A DNA stretch of 64,000 nt from the NCBI RefSeq assembly GCF_036321535.1, contig NC_087437.1, forward strand, positions 55,182,001-55,246,000, read 5' to 3'. Within the stretch, counting starts at the first letter, position 1. The number at the start of each line of letters is the position of its first letter. Made by a program: the position numbers and the translations under genes. Shown here piece by piece: positions 36,251-49,580 of this stretch. Source of the stretch: Camelus dromedarius. Taxonomy: Eukaryota. The notes under the pieces are model-generated. The model was given only the letters and a program-made list of their open reading frames with translations, ran no database searches and was not told the DNA's origin.

Positions 36251-36929
36251 TAGATGGCTACTGTCATCAATTCCAGGACTCCATCACCAATTGCTGGAGA
36301 AAATATTCAGTACAAAATTAAAAGGGATACAGAAAACTGTGTAAAGTTGAAAAGTGGACAAGTCCTATCAACCTTACAGGATACATGGTACACAGGTACC
36401 TGATACATGTATGATTGGTGTTATATATATATTTACACATTTATGTCAAGCCTTTTTACATGATGTGGATAGCTCTGGAAGTCAAGACGCGCAATACTGA
36501 GAGGTAAATGAACGTCTTCTCTAGTGTCTACATCCCTTATATTGTTGGCTTTTCCTTTATCACTGTGGATGTCACATAAAGACCAATTCAGTGCTTCATT
36601 CAGCAAACTTTTACTGAGCAAATACTGTCTTCTAGGCTTTGTTTTAGGCCCTTGAAATATAAATATGTACAAGATGGGGTTCTTTATTAATGCTATTGAT
36701 GATTGGCTTGGTGGAGAGGTGGTTGAGACTAAGAAAGGAAGTTTCAGGCAACCCTTGATTGAGAAGTTGGGAGGCTGAGACAGTGTATGACATATTAAAA
36801 AGAGTTTTCCAAAGACCTTCTTTGCAAGCACTCTTGGAAGTAGTATCTTAACAAGAAAAGAAACAATAAAAAATAACAAAGGAAGCAATAATTAGAAGAA
36901 ATTAATAGAACTTGGGAAGTAAGGAAATA

Positions 36930-37855
36930 TTAGAATTTGGGTCTAGCTATGTGTAAAACTAGTCTGAAGTAACAGTTATTTAAATAAGGTGTTGTAGGTA
37001 TAATACTGGTCCCTTCAAAGATCCTAATCTCTGTAACTTATGAATATGTAACTAAATGGCAAAAGAGACTTTGCCTTTGGGATACAGCTGCACATTTTAA
37101 AATAAAGAGATTATCATGAATTCTATGGGTGGGCTCAGCATAAGAGTCCTTATAAGAAGGAGCCAGGCAGCTCAGATCAGAACAGGACATTTGATGACTG
37201 AAGGAGAGGCTGGAGTGATACAAAGAAGGGTCCATGATCCAAGGAATGCAGGTAACTTCTAGATGCTGAAAAAGGCAAGGAAACAGATTCTTCCTTAGGA
37301 CCACCAGAAGGGATATGGCCCTGTCTACACCTTGAATTTAGGACTTTTGATGTTCAAAACTGTATGGTACTAAACTTACTTAATCCAGTTAGATTGTTAC
37401 AGTTAGTTACAGGAGCAAGAGAAAACCAAAATACAAGAGATGAGTTATTTTTCTCTCACAAAAGAATTAAGTGGTAGTGGTCCAGGGTTGGTGATATGGT
37501 TTTGCTTCATCAGGTTGCCAAAAATCCTGGATGTTTATATCTAATTAATCTTTTCTCTTAAGAATGTTGCTACCATTGATGGTCAAAAATGTCTCTTAAC
37601 TAAAATATGTTTCAAATAGCTGGATGAAAGAAGACAAAAATAAAAGTCATGTCCCTTCTTTTAAAGAAAATATTCCAAAATTTGCACATATCACTTCTCA
37701 CGTATCTTTGGCCAGAACTTTATCACACAGTCATGCTTCAGATGAGGCTGGGGAATGCAGCCTTTATTTTGGGAGGCTGTGTGCTGAACTAAAAGCCAGG
37801 GGCTCTCTCACTACAGGAAAGAGGGAAAATGGATACTGGAGACAACTAAGCAAGT
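36930..37855 (-). mobile_element. Old MaLR LTR, split by an MLT1D-like LTR
   Basis: ctagctatgt...aacagttatttaaataag [insertion] ttattttctctcac...ttggccagaact...gaggctggggaatgcagcctttatt. Confidence 0.6.
36990..37435 (+). mobile_element. MaLR solo LTR (MLT1D-like)
   Basis: tgtaggtataatactggtccc...atggcaaaagagactttgc...aaggcaaggaaacagattctcc...aaaataca. Confidence 0.85.
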
Positions 37856-39602
37856 AACTTAGTAAAATTGCTACCTCTTTTAGTAAAAGAAAAAAGTTAT
37901 CAAGTAATCTATATATATGATGCTAACAAGGCTTGAGGAAATGCAGGAGGAGACAAAATGTTCAGAGAGCATGTTAAGTCATGGAAAATATATAGATATT
38001 CATTAGCCTTTAAAATGTTAGTGATTTAAATATAGGTATGTGTCTTGATAATTTAAGAATTATTTCATTATTCTATTTAAAATGCAATGTATCATTTCCA
38101 AGTAACCAGAAGAAATTTTGATATATTCAATGATAGCTATATTGGGAGAAAAAACAGGAAATAAATAAAATTTTTATAAATAAAAAAACTGCACACAACA
38201 ATTTGGCAGAAGTTAGTTCTAACAAAGTAGTAATTATAATAAATATAAATGGATTATACTCATCTTCCCCAAACAGACCTTTTCAGTTTGGATTAGAAGT
38301 GCCCATTTATTATGTATATAAGTTATATTTAAAGAAGAATATACAGGAATATTGAAAATAAAGGCATAAAAGATACTAGACAAATACAATCTGTTAGTTA
38401 GTCAGAACAGCAATTTCAATTTTGAACAATTTAGAAATGGACAAAATTATCATCAGGAAAAAGGATAAATGTAATATAATATACTGGTAATATGAACAAC
38501 ATATGAAGATATACAGCAATCGTAAATATATTTGCTTCCAACATAACAACGTGTGTTCAAATGTATTAAGCAACAACTCACAGAACTATGGTGGAATAAA
38601 GGTAAATTACTATCTGGAGATGGGCAGTCTGTTTCTTTTTCTTGAAAACTGTTAATTAAAATGGATAAAAGAAATCAAAAGCATAAAGGATTTAAACAAC
38701 CACATTTAGAAGGAAATTTGATGTTTTAGAAACATCTATGAAAATAAAAACTTAAAGAAGTTCTCCACTGAAGAAGTAAAACAGCAACAGCTTAACATTA
38801 TCCCATATAAATGATCAAGAAAAAAATAATAAAGAGAAGATAAAATTAATGAAATAAAGAACAATAAGAATATATAAATGAGGACAAATAAATAAGTTTT
38901 AATGTTTGAATTTAAAGTTTAAATATGATATATAGGTACTTGGTAATACTGATAAAAAAAAAGAAAATGAAAATCAGCAAAACACAGAATGAAAAGATAT
39001 ACCTCTAGATGTAATGAACAGATGCATGGCATCATTATAAGTGTAATGCATAATTATAACATATAATTATAGGTGTAAAGGAGATTACACAAACAGCAAA
39101 TACTATTAAAACCTATAAACTGATAAACCTAGATAGAATAGATACATTTTTGAAAAAAAATTTCAAAAGTAGCAGAAGTAGAAATAGAAAATTTGAAATT
39201 AAAAAAAATTCCAAATTCAAACATCATAAAAGAAATTGAAGTGATTATTGGAAAAGTCCCCAGTTTCTATCCTCTACTAAAATGGTTTGTAAGTGATTTT
39301 GTTAAAAACAAAAAACAAAAAACAAACAAAAGAAAACCTCTTTATTCAAGTGTCCTAGATAATGAAAGAATAAGAAAGGCTGAGGTGCCTGAACTGCTTT
39401 CTGAGGCTAGTGTGGCATCGATTTCTGACTGTATAAAAATGTTATCTGTTAAAAAAGGCCGATTTTATTTATAAACATAGATGTGAAAATCTCAAAATAA
39501 TCATTAGATCACAATTTACATTATTTTAGGGAAAAAATCACAATCTTATATGGTTTATCTCAATAATGTAAGCAGGTTTTCACATCAAAAATTATCAATG
39601 TA

Positions 39603-40131
39603 TAAAGAATTTATAGTATAGATACATATAAGGGAATACTATTCAGCCATAGAAAAGAATAAAATAATGCCATTTGTGGCAACATGGATGGACCTGGAGA
39701 TTGTCATACTAAATGAAGTAAGTCAGAAAGAGAAAGTAAAATACTATATGATATCACTTACATGTGGAATCTACAAAAATGAAACAAGTGAACTTATTTA
39801 CAAAACAGAAACAGGCTCACAGACATAGAAAACAAATTTGTGGTTACTGGAGGGGAAAGGGTGGGGGGCATGAAGGAATAAATTAGGAGTTCAAGATTTG
39901 CAGATACACACTGCTACATATAAAACAGATAAACAGCAAGGTCCTATTGTATAGCACAGCGAACTATATTCATTACCTTGTAACAGCCTATAATGAAAAA
40001 GAATATGAAAAAATATAGATATATGTATAACTGAATTACTATGCTTTACACTAGAAATTAACACAACATTGTAAACTGACTATACTTCAATAAAAAAAGA
40101 ATTGAAAAAAGATAAACTATAAAGTCAAAAC
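39603..40131 (+). mobile_element. Lineage-specific 5'-truncated L1 nested in the ancient L1
   Basis: gaatactattcagccata...gcaacatggatggacctggagatt...gtatagcacagcgaactatatt...caataaaa. TSD aattatcaatgta (39590-39602) / aattatcaacata (40132-40144). Confidence 0.92.
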
Positions 40132-41057
40132 AATTATCAACATAACATACCATATTAATTTACTAAGGAAATAAATCATATGCCTAATTCAATAGAGGTA
40201 GAAAATTATCAAATAAAATTCAAATTTTGCTTATAACACAATTTTTTAAACAAAGATAGGCACAGGAAAGTACCCCATTAACTAGCTAAAAGCTATATAT
40301 GAAGTATTTCCAGCAAATATTTTATTTAAAGAAGGAAATTTAGATATATTTCATGTAAGACAAGAAAGCCTTATGTCACCACTACTAGTTAACCTAATGC
40401 TGCAGAATATAACCAAAACAATAAAGCAACAAACACAATGAAGTATTAATATTGGGAGGAGAGAGTTTCAGATGACATAATCATTTATGGAAACTAGCGC
40501 AATCTTTTACAATATTTGGTGTAGAGTCATAATTTGGATAAATGATGATCTTACAAATAACCAATAGCATTCTCCACACCAGAAATGAATAAGTAAACTA
40601 TATTTGCCATTCACAGTGTACCAATACAACTTTAAAATATAAATATGTTAACCTAATAAAAAGTGTACAAGATGACTTTGGAGACATTAATGTCTCTATC
40701 TAAAGGCATACAAGGCGATTTAAATAAATGTAGAGACAAACTATATTCATGGATGGGATAACTTAACATTTTAAGATGTCAAATTTTCCCAGATTAAATA
40801 AACTGCACATGGAATTATAATCAAAACCTCTGCAGAGAAACCTGAAGTACTGGGCCCAAAATATATTTTGAAAAATCAAAGTCCATAAGTAAATGATAAT
40901 TTTGGAAAAGAAAAGCCAAAGGGCACATTTGCTCTACTCTGTATTACTATATAAGGATAAAAGAAAATAATGTGGCCTATAATATAAACAGATAAATAGA
41001 ATAATGGAACAAATTAAAGAGTCATAAACAATCCCGTATGAAGTATGGTATAAAATT

Positions 41058-41188
41058 AAGGTGACTATTCCAATGTGTCTAGCAAAGTCCTAACTTTGTG
41101 CCTGTTTTCCTAGCAAAATTACAAATAATATCCCCTTTTACTCTCAAATGTTTTCCAGTTGGGATTATAAATTATAAGATGTTCTTAT
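41058..41188 (-). mobile_element. MER94-like hAT-Blackjack MITE
   Basis: taaggtgacta...tgcctgttttcc...cccttttactctcaaatgttttccagtttgggattataaattata. Confidence 0.65.
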
Positions 41189-42654
41189 ATGTACTAGGCT
41201 AATATAAAAAGATCAATGGAGGAAAGATAGATTTTTTTTTCAGCCTATCGTATTGTCAAAAGTGGCTTAATAAATAGGGAAAAATAAGAATCAATACAAT
41301 ATCTAATGCATGGAACTCCTAAATGTGCAGATAAATTATAAACTAGTAAGAAAATATTGGAGGACAGTTTGGTGACCTTGAGGTGGGAGATGTTTCTCAA
41401 ACAGTACCCCAAAATTTCAAACCTTAATGGGAAAAATGGATCTGACTACATAAAAATTAAGAATTTCTCTTCAATGAAGGGCACTGTAGATAAAGGTAAC
41501 AGATGGGAGACAGACTGGGAGAAGATAATTACAACATTTAAAACTGACAGGGGATTAATAGCTAGAATAATTAAGCAATTCCTGCAAATCAACATCAACA
41601 AAAAAAGAGGAGTTGGCAAAGACTACGAATAGGCAATTCACAGAAGAGGAAACCCAAATTACCTACATGTTTCATGAAGAGATCCCCAACATCAGAAGCA
41701 ATCAGAGAGATATAAATTAAAACCACAGTGAGACTCATTTCACACTCATCAGATTGGTAAAAATTAGAAAGTCAGATGGTACCGTTGTTGGCACAGATGT
41801 GGGGACATGAGAATCCCCATGCACGGCTGATGGGAGTGGAAACTGGTGGGCCATTCTGGAGAGCAATCTGTCAGGAAATTGAGTATACGTGTATCCCATG
41901 ACCAGAAATCCCTCATCTGGGTCTATACCCTAGAGAAACTTACAGAGAGCCATAGATGGCATATAGAAAGGTAGTCAGAGCATCATATTTTGGGGCAGGA
42001 GATTTTGCTCCCTGGAAACACCAGAGAGAAACAAAGTATAGTCAAGCTAGAGCTGGCTCTCTGAGTCTGCAGGCTTGCATTCTTTGCTACATCTTTCCGC
42101 CCGGTAGGAAGGTAGATGCCCCATTCCACCTCAGTCCTAGGCCATTGTCCACACCCACATACTGCCCCTTCCCTTGCACCTTCCAACTTTTCAGTGCTCT
42201 GCTGTGGAAACTATCTGGGAAGGTAACTCCATCAAAAATATTAGGAATATAGTGAAATATTTTAAAAAAGTGTTGTTACCACAGGATGAAGCCGTGGTGA
42301 CAGAATATAGATTTTAGTGACAGCCAAATAAAAGAAACACATGGCGTCCCTGAGAGTGGACATTTGGAGTCTCCACGGAGGTTTGGAGACCCCTTCCGCT
42401 CTTTCCCTTAAGGTAGAAAAGGGAAGCAACTCCACAAGTGAATATGGCTGTGAAAACGTGTACCCAGAGCCACAAGGGTTTTTCAATTTTAGCAGAACTC
42501 TAGTTTTGAACACCAAGTTATTAAGAGAGAATTTTCACTTGTTTTCCTATCATTTCAGGAAAACTAGGAAATAAGCGATGTTTGTCCCGACTCGGATGGA
42601 ACCTCAGGAAGGAGCTCATTCTCACATCTCCCTCTCACTCCAGATTTTTCGATT

Positions 42655-42910
42655 TTTCAAAGAACCACAGAACATTAGAGCTGGAAGTGGCTTTCGAGAA
42701 GTTAATTAACACAGCTCTAGCCTGCTGGGGAATTCTCTCCACCAATAGCCATCCCCTAATAAGTCAGCTGATTAAGCTGATCTCCCTAGCAAGGCTCTGC
42801 TGGAATCAGGCCATGGATCCATTACTTTAAGAGACATCCTCCCATCCTTAAGAGAGCGTGTACACTCTGCTTGATAGAGGCTGTGACTGGGAAGCCACCT
42901 CCCTGCTTCT
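42655..42910 (-). mobile_element. L3/MIR3-like fragment
   Basis: accacagaacattagagctggaagtggctttcgag...ctctgcttga...gtgactgggaagccac. Confidence 0.5.
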
Positions 42911-44129
42911 CTGGGACCAGGTTATAAGTCTTGGATCTCACCTCCCTCCATGAAGTGAGATCATGTTTCTTATAAATCTTATCTTCTACAGGACATCCTC
43001 ATTGTGGTGGATGAATGAGATGAATTTTAATGAAGATGAGTTAATTTTAAAGAAGATTAAACAGACTTTCCTCTCTCCATAGGAATTCAAGAAAACAGTG
43101 AGATATTGGATGTCGACTCCTCTCTGTCCACCCCACCCCCAGTCATTTCTAGGTGTCCTCAGGGGTGCACCTGTGGATGCATAGATAGCTTCCTCGGTCT
43201 TGGCTGCCGAAGTGCCTGCTGCCCTGGTAGTTTCATCGCTGTCCCTGCTGTTGGCATGCTCTGTGGGCGGTGCCAAGGGTTCTCTTAGGCTCTCTCCTTG
43301 TCCTCTAAACCCCACCTCGGGCAAACTGCTTTGCTTCCTTGGCAACTGCTAATGGTGTCAAAATGCCATGCTGTCCACCATTAAGAGGACTTCCACGGCT
43401 TCCCTCTGAAGCTGATGGCACTGCTGATGCTGGTGCTACGGCTGGTGTCTGTAAGGGCTGGTGTCTGTAAGACGGAGGAAATCCCTCCCTCCCTCCATTG
43501 TCCCCGTGGTGGTGTGACCCCTTACTCCCAAAGCCTTATGGGGACGATGGGTGAAAACACCCCATTAAGGGTTTATTGCAGGTCTTCTTTCCCCACTATC
43601 TGGGCACAAGTCCTAAGGGAGTGAGCTGAGTGAGGAGTCTATTCCTCCTCTCCAGCTCAGATGCAGTTTCAGGCATCTCTGCCTGGGCTCTGGTGACTAT
43701 TCCTTAGACTGACTTATTTCCTGGGGGAAATAAGTCTGTTCAGTCCTGAGCACTCCCTCTAAAGGTCCGGGATTCCCCAGACTCGTCTTAATTTTAGGCT
43801 GAAAGCAGCGGCAGCTCGGACTGGGATCCCTTAGCTCTTTATCTGGATAACGTCACAGCTCTGGGTGTGACGGATGAAGACAGAATCTGGGAGGATGCTT
43901 GCCGCACAGACCAGCCTAGGCCACCTTAGGATAGCATGTCTCCTCTGCTTCCTCCCCCTTCCCGGCTCCCTCCCACTCGGTTAAGGAGGAGCTCAGCTCC
44001 CCCTGGAAGCTGGGTTATTTCCCAAGCTGCCTTCTCACCTAGCATGATCGTTCCATTTCCTGAACTCTCTGCTGGGTTCAAGATGAACTAAAAGCTGTTT
44101 GAGTTATCCAGGAAACAGGAAAAACGCGG

Positions 44130-44350
44130 CCTTATGGCTAAGAATTTGAACTTTGAAATCAGAGTCTTGGATTCAAATCTTGCTTCTATCTCTTTCTAGC
44201 TGCGTGATTTGGGCACATTGTTTAACCACTCTCAGTCTTAGTTTTCTTATCCATATAACAATAATAGCAATATTAACTCACAGGACTACTGAAAGGACTA
44301 AGTAAATAACGTATGTCATGTCACATCCACTATGTGGGAGATACTTCGTT
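44130..44350 (+). mobile_element. MIR SINE
   Basis: tggctaagaa...ggattcaaatcttgcttct...tagctgcgtgatttgggca...tttaaccactctcagtcttagtttt. Confidence 0.85.
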
Positions 44351-44479
44351 ATTAATTAGGGTGAAAACTGAAATCACACACAGGGCATGGATGAGGTGCT
44401 CATGGCATCAACTGGTGGAACTTCCTAGCCTGAATCTTTCACTCAGATGCTGACAATTCTGCCCTATTACCTGGTGATG

Positions 44480-44495
44480 GGGCCCTCTGGTGGCA
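44480..44495 (-). promoter_or_regulatory. Candidate CTCF site
   Basis: Minus strand TGCCACCAGAGGGCCC matches the CTCF core CCASYAGRKGGCRS except at the R position. Confidence 0.45.
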
Positions 44496-45184
44496 GAGGG
44501 GAGTGGCATTTCTCAATTTGAGCCGAATCTCTGCTGGGCTTTCAGATGGGGAGGAACCCAGCAGGTTCTGCAACTGCCCTGCACAGAGCCCTCACATTCA
44601 CACACTGCGCCGTCTTGCTCTTATTGCTGCAGGCCTGTTTATTGCCTTATAATGCTGAATGGCAGATGTGACAGGAGTCAGACATTTCAAGCCTAATAGT
44701 TTGAATTCTGATATAAAAGTCAAATTCCCCTCCCCCAACCCTGGGATGCTTCTGGGTCATTAATGCCACCCTTAGAGACCTGTTTCTGACCCAGAGGGGT
44801 GCTCCTTAAACAAATACTGAAATGAATTGAGTTACCTGAAGGGTATCAGGGCTGGTTAATTCCTTAAGAGACCCAAGACATTGAAAAACTAAGATGTTCT
44901 CATCTTTAGGAATTGGGAAATAATCTTAAGTCATAAAATAAGTATCAGAAAGTCAAAAGAAGATGAACTTTGATGACGTGATGACAGCTTTAATACATTT
45001 TTTGAACTATCGAAATAAATTTCTATGCTAATTTCACGCTTTTTGGTTGCATTTATTTTTCTACTATCTTAGCTTGTGTTTTAGTCCCTCTGGGTCATCC
45101 AAGTCTGCTAGACATATAAGAAATTTGAAATCAGAGGTGAATAAAGATATTGGAAGTATTTTCCATCTATGAAGTATTTCATAA

Positions 45185-45244
45185 TTTATAGTTTGTATAG
45201 TTTAGTTATAGTTTGTATAGTTTGTTTATAGTTTGTTTAGTTTG
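45185..45244. repeat. Degenerate simple repeat (TATAGTTTG-like)
   Basis: tttatagtttgtatagtttagttatagtttgtatagtttgtttatagtttgtttagtttg. Confidence 0.85.
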
Positions 45245-46879
45245 GCTACATCTCAAAAACCTCGCACCAACTGTGGTCCATTGTAGATTTTCAATAAATG
45301 GATTTTGAATGAAGAACAAGGAGGAAGGCGTCATCTTATGTCTGCAAATGGGAGGATAGAGCCCAGGAGAGGAGGGGTTATGTAAATAACTGGGCTAGCA
45401 GGTGTCAGAATTGGCCCTCACGTCGAAGGCTTCTGACTGCTTCTTTATATCATATCTCAGCTGCTTGGGGCACATGTGATGATCCCTGGTGAAAATAATC
45501 TCAGCCTTGCCTGAGGAAATGTGTGCAACAAAACGGAAAATAAAAATTATTTCTTCAGGCATTTAGATAAAGTATCACATCACACCATGGAATCTGCTAA
45601 GGCTGGGAGGAACCTTACTTTACAGAGGAGGAAACTGATGCCCAGAGAGGGGAACAGTTCCTTGCATGAGATGCATGGTGGCTCACCAGCAGGACTGGAA
45701 CCCTGGCCTTGGCACAAAGACCTATATAAAGGGCACTTTGGAAACAAGCCAGATTAGGCCTGGTTCCCATCACCCCTTGTGACTGGCGACACTGATGGTA
45801 CTGTCCATCCACTGTTTGTTCTCCTTTGTAAGGCAGAGGGGTATCCCTTGGCACCTACTAACTCCAAGGCCTTTCTGCTTTCACTTGACTTTGAAGGTCA
45901 CAATGAAACAGGTCCTGCTCAGAAAACAGAGGCAGGAATAAATTCAGGGTAAATCCAAACTAAGAGATGAAGTAAATCTGAAGCATAAAATGCTGGCTTG
46001 AATATAGGGCCAAATGATGTGAGTTTTTATGAAAATAACATTCTTTCTTTTAGGGGAAAATATGGAGAGGGTACAGATGGAAAGGAAGGGACACAAAAGG
46101 AACATTGTGGAGACCCTGAGACTAGGGGTGAAGAGTATGAGGTTGTGGGAGGCTCCCAACACTTCCACTGGCTTTCTCTGTGACCTGGAGCAAGCAATTT
46201 CTTTCCGAGCCTCAGTTTTTCCATCTGCCAACATGGCAAGGTTGGACCACATATCACGTGGGCCTTTTATGGGATCTGACCTTCTGTGACATTAAGTGTT
46301 CTCTTTATTTTTCATATTTTCCCCAGGTGAAAGAACAATTTGTTGACTTACTAAGAAGCAGACTGTCACCAAAGTCAATCCTCTGCTTAGCCTGTTGAAA
46401 TTTTTTTGGGCGACAACTTCCTCCAGGGACTGGCTTGTGTATATTGAGAGCATGCCATTCACCACCTCAATTTCGGCGCTGGAATGGCCTTGGAATTCTG
46501 TGACGCCCACTCTTTTGAACTGGAGAAGGGCACGGTGACATTGGCATTTCTGCTTGGGGCTAGTGGTTGAATTGCCCTTTAAAACTAGTAGTTGGGTTGT
46601 GATCCAAAGATGGCTACTGACTGGAGCCAAAAGTTTCCACAAGGATGTCATTACGAAAAGTGACTTTCATTAGCAGAGGAGAAAGCCGGCTCTCTCTTCA
46701 AATAATGAGCTCTCTGAGTGACGAGTGCCATCTACAGCATCTGAGCTATCCCCACGAGAGGAAATTTACACACGGAACTCAACTTTTTCTCAAGTCTCAT
46801 TTTCCTATCTCATGATCCAATATTAGTGGTTTACTGGTGTCTATGTTTTCTATAAATGGTAGAACAAGGCAGCTATCCA

Positions 46880-47365
46880 GGGAACGTTTAATAAATAAAT
46901 GAATCTTGATGTCTAAAATCAGTCCACCTCCTCAAAGAATTACCAGTAAAAAGGAGGAGATGTACATAAGCTAAGAAATACAAGGGAGCCTACGACCTGT
47001 CCTATAAGAAAGAGACAAGTATCACAGAGACTTCGGAGCTGGCAAGATTAGGTGGGACATCATGAAAAAGAAGGAATCCGAATTGAGCCTTGAAGGACAG
47101 GTATGTTTTCCATATGAAACGATGGTGAAGAGTAGGAGAGGATACCCAGGTTAAGAAAGGCAGAGCAAAGGCAGGAAGGAACCACTGTGTGTAGAAAGGA
47201 GCTGTGGTCTGGGAGGCAGGAGGTGGAGGAGAAATTTAAATCTGTCAGCTGGTGGTCTTCTTGGGAAGAAGCTAGAATGACAGAATCTGTGGACTTCTGT
47301 TGAAAGTGAAGAGAGCCATTGGCTGTTTTTGAGAAGGGGCACAATGTGATCCGAACAAAAGATTA
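46880..47365 (-). mobile_element. L2 LINE fragment
   Basis: ttgagccttgaaggacagg...gcaaaggcaggaag...gagagccattggctgtttttgag...atgtgatc. Confidence 0.65.
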
Positions 47366-47379
47366 GAGCTCATTCATTT

Positions 47380-47900
47380 CAGCCTATAATAGTACACCAT
47401 AAAAGGGCCATAGTATTATATTTTATGTCAAAATGTGATTGCTCTTTGAAAGTGTAATGCTCATCCTGGGTGAAGAAAATGAACTCTTCCAAGCAATCAG
47501 AGTATTCATTAATATTCCTGGAAAATGACCAAATAAAACTCTGCTACCCTGGAAGATCTAATTTATCTTGCATAAGCAGAAATGTCCCCTTAGTGAGTTT
47601 ATTTAACCGTGCCCTTCATTGGCTAAGGTCTATTTTTAATCAACACTTGTATCTGTATTTTTAAAGCACTACAGTAAAGATAAACATCCTGCATGGCAAA
47701 TATGATATTTCAGTTCTAAGAATGCTAAAGGGCTTCTCAAACACATACGATTATATTTTCAGCACTAATGCAATCTAATTGCCAACGCTTAGCATTCTAT
47801 TGCAAGAATTACAGTAGATTCATCTAGGCCCAGGCCCGATTTTTCATTTCATCTGAATGGACAAATGGTTTGTATAATTGCTATTCATCACTAGGAGAAA
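47380..47900. promoter_or_regulatory. Candidate enhancer (HOX13/CDX, TCF, MEF2, GATA, FOX motifs)
   Basis: CCATAAAA 47397, TTTTATG 47421, CTTTGAA 47444, TTATCT 47563, CTATTTTTAA 47630, AGATAAACA 47678, all in a repeat-free block. Confidence 0.35.
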
Positions 47901-49580
47901 GAAGGAGTAGAAGTCACAAAATGTTCTTCTAAGTAGCAAGATCAGAATTTGTACATTTTGCAGTATAAGTGGAAAAGAGGACAGATATTGGGATTAGATG
48001 TCAGGATTCGGTTTTGACTGTCATTTATTAGTAGTAATATTGGAAGAGATGACTTGACCTTGCTAAAGCTCAGTTCTTAATCTGTAAAATGGGAACATAT
48101 TTGTATAGTGCATGGGAGAGGAGCCTGCACAGAGTAACTATCTGTCAAACTGTAGAATTTTCATCGCTATCATTGTCAGTAATATTACATTGTATATCCA
48201 CAGAGTGAAATGCTATTTGTAGGAATGGCTGAAACCATGTTGGGCTCCTGGGTATATATGGATCACAGTACCACGGACCGCAGTGGAGGGGACACATTTG
48301 GGATTGAATGGTTGGAGGCTGAGTCAACCTGTCTGCTGCTTTGGCAGGCTGTGGTTTGCATTCAAGGGTCCAGTAGCCACACCAAGCTCAAGCAGGGGCT
48401 GGATCCAGAAAGGGAAGGCTAAGGAAGAAGGTGGGGGACAGTAAGGGAAAATCCAGCAGCTGGGAGGTGCTGCCTAGAGTCAGGCGGAGAGGCGGGATCT
48501 GGAGAGGGTGGGGCCTCATCTAGGGCACAGCTCCCCTAACAGAACTGGCAGACGGATCAGCAGACTCCTGGGGCCTTGGGAAGAGGCAGTGTGTGGGGAC
48601 TAGCAAGTTGTGGAAAGTGAGGCCAAAGCCTAGTTAAGTCTTGGTTGGGGATCAATGGTTTCTTGTGTGCACACTGCACTTCTAGGTCAGTGACAGCAAG
48701 ATTTAACTTCAGGGTCCACTGGTGCTCTTGGACACTGAGTTACCCACAACCTGTGTGGACTCAGAGAACACAGTGCAGACCCAGAAGGCTGATGATCAAG
48801 TCTGCCTCGCAGGACTCTTGCTAAGATCTGATGATTAAATATGTGAGGCAGAGCTAGCTATTGCTCTGGGAAATATCTAGGAAAATTTTCCTGGCCTGAG
48901 TTGTGGGGAGTTGTTATGCAGGGAATTCTTTAAGTCAAAACCCCAGCAGGGAAATACAGTGAAAGGGGAATGATTCATCTGAGAAATGAGGGAAAATTCA
49001 AAGATTGTGTAACAGAAACATCACAACAGGGTTTTTTAAAGCTTCTCGAAAAGATTTACTGGTTTCTCTAAAAATGTTTGAAGATTCAAGATATTTTCCA
49101 TTCTGCTCTCCCTGGGGTGGAAGCTGCCCAGGGAAGGCAATTTTTGTTTTATGGTTGTTAGTCAACACTTTCAACTGCCTCCCTCACCACCACCTCAGAC
49201 CACCACAAAGAAAAACTGATACAAAAAGCCTGAGTCTTTGTTGAACCCAGAAGGGAAGAAAAAAAGTGTCAGAACAAGGACAACTACTATTGAAGGCAGG
49301 GACAGATCTTGGAATCCAGGTAGTTTTTTAATTTAATTTAACTTTTTTTTCCTGAAAATACAGATATAGCTCTTTCTGTTAAGGCCAACCAGATGGAGAA
49401 GGATACTATAAAAATTAGTATCAAAGTAAGAGATTTAACATGTGTATTACTGAGACATGTGTGCATGTGTGTTCTTTTAAAAATATCTATTTGCCCTAAC
49501 TAAACCATCTTTTCAAATAAAGTCTTACCTTGTATTTAGTTTTATAGTTCCTCTGGACCAAATTGAAGGTTCTATATATG

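Larger units (their letters stand above)
37870..41960 (+). mobile_element. Highly degraded ancient L1 (L1ME-like), ORF2 and 3' region
   Basis: A-rich ORF2 remnants. ORF 41357..41632 (DYIKIKNFSSMKGTVDKGNRWETDWEKI) is similar to the L1 ORF2 C-terminal region. Confidence 0.8.

Noticed and set aside
36433..36888. 151-aa minus-strand ORF with a hydrophobic N-terminus
   Set aside because: Non-ATG start; the hydrophobicity comes from an A-rich tract read antisense; it crosses an L2 remnant; no known domain
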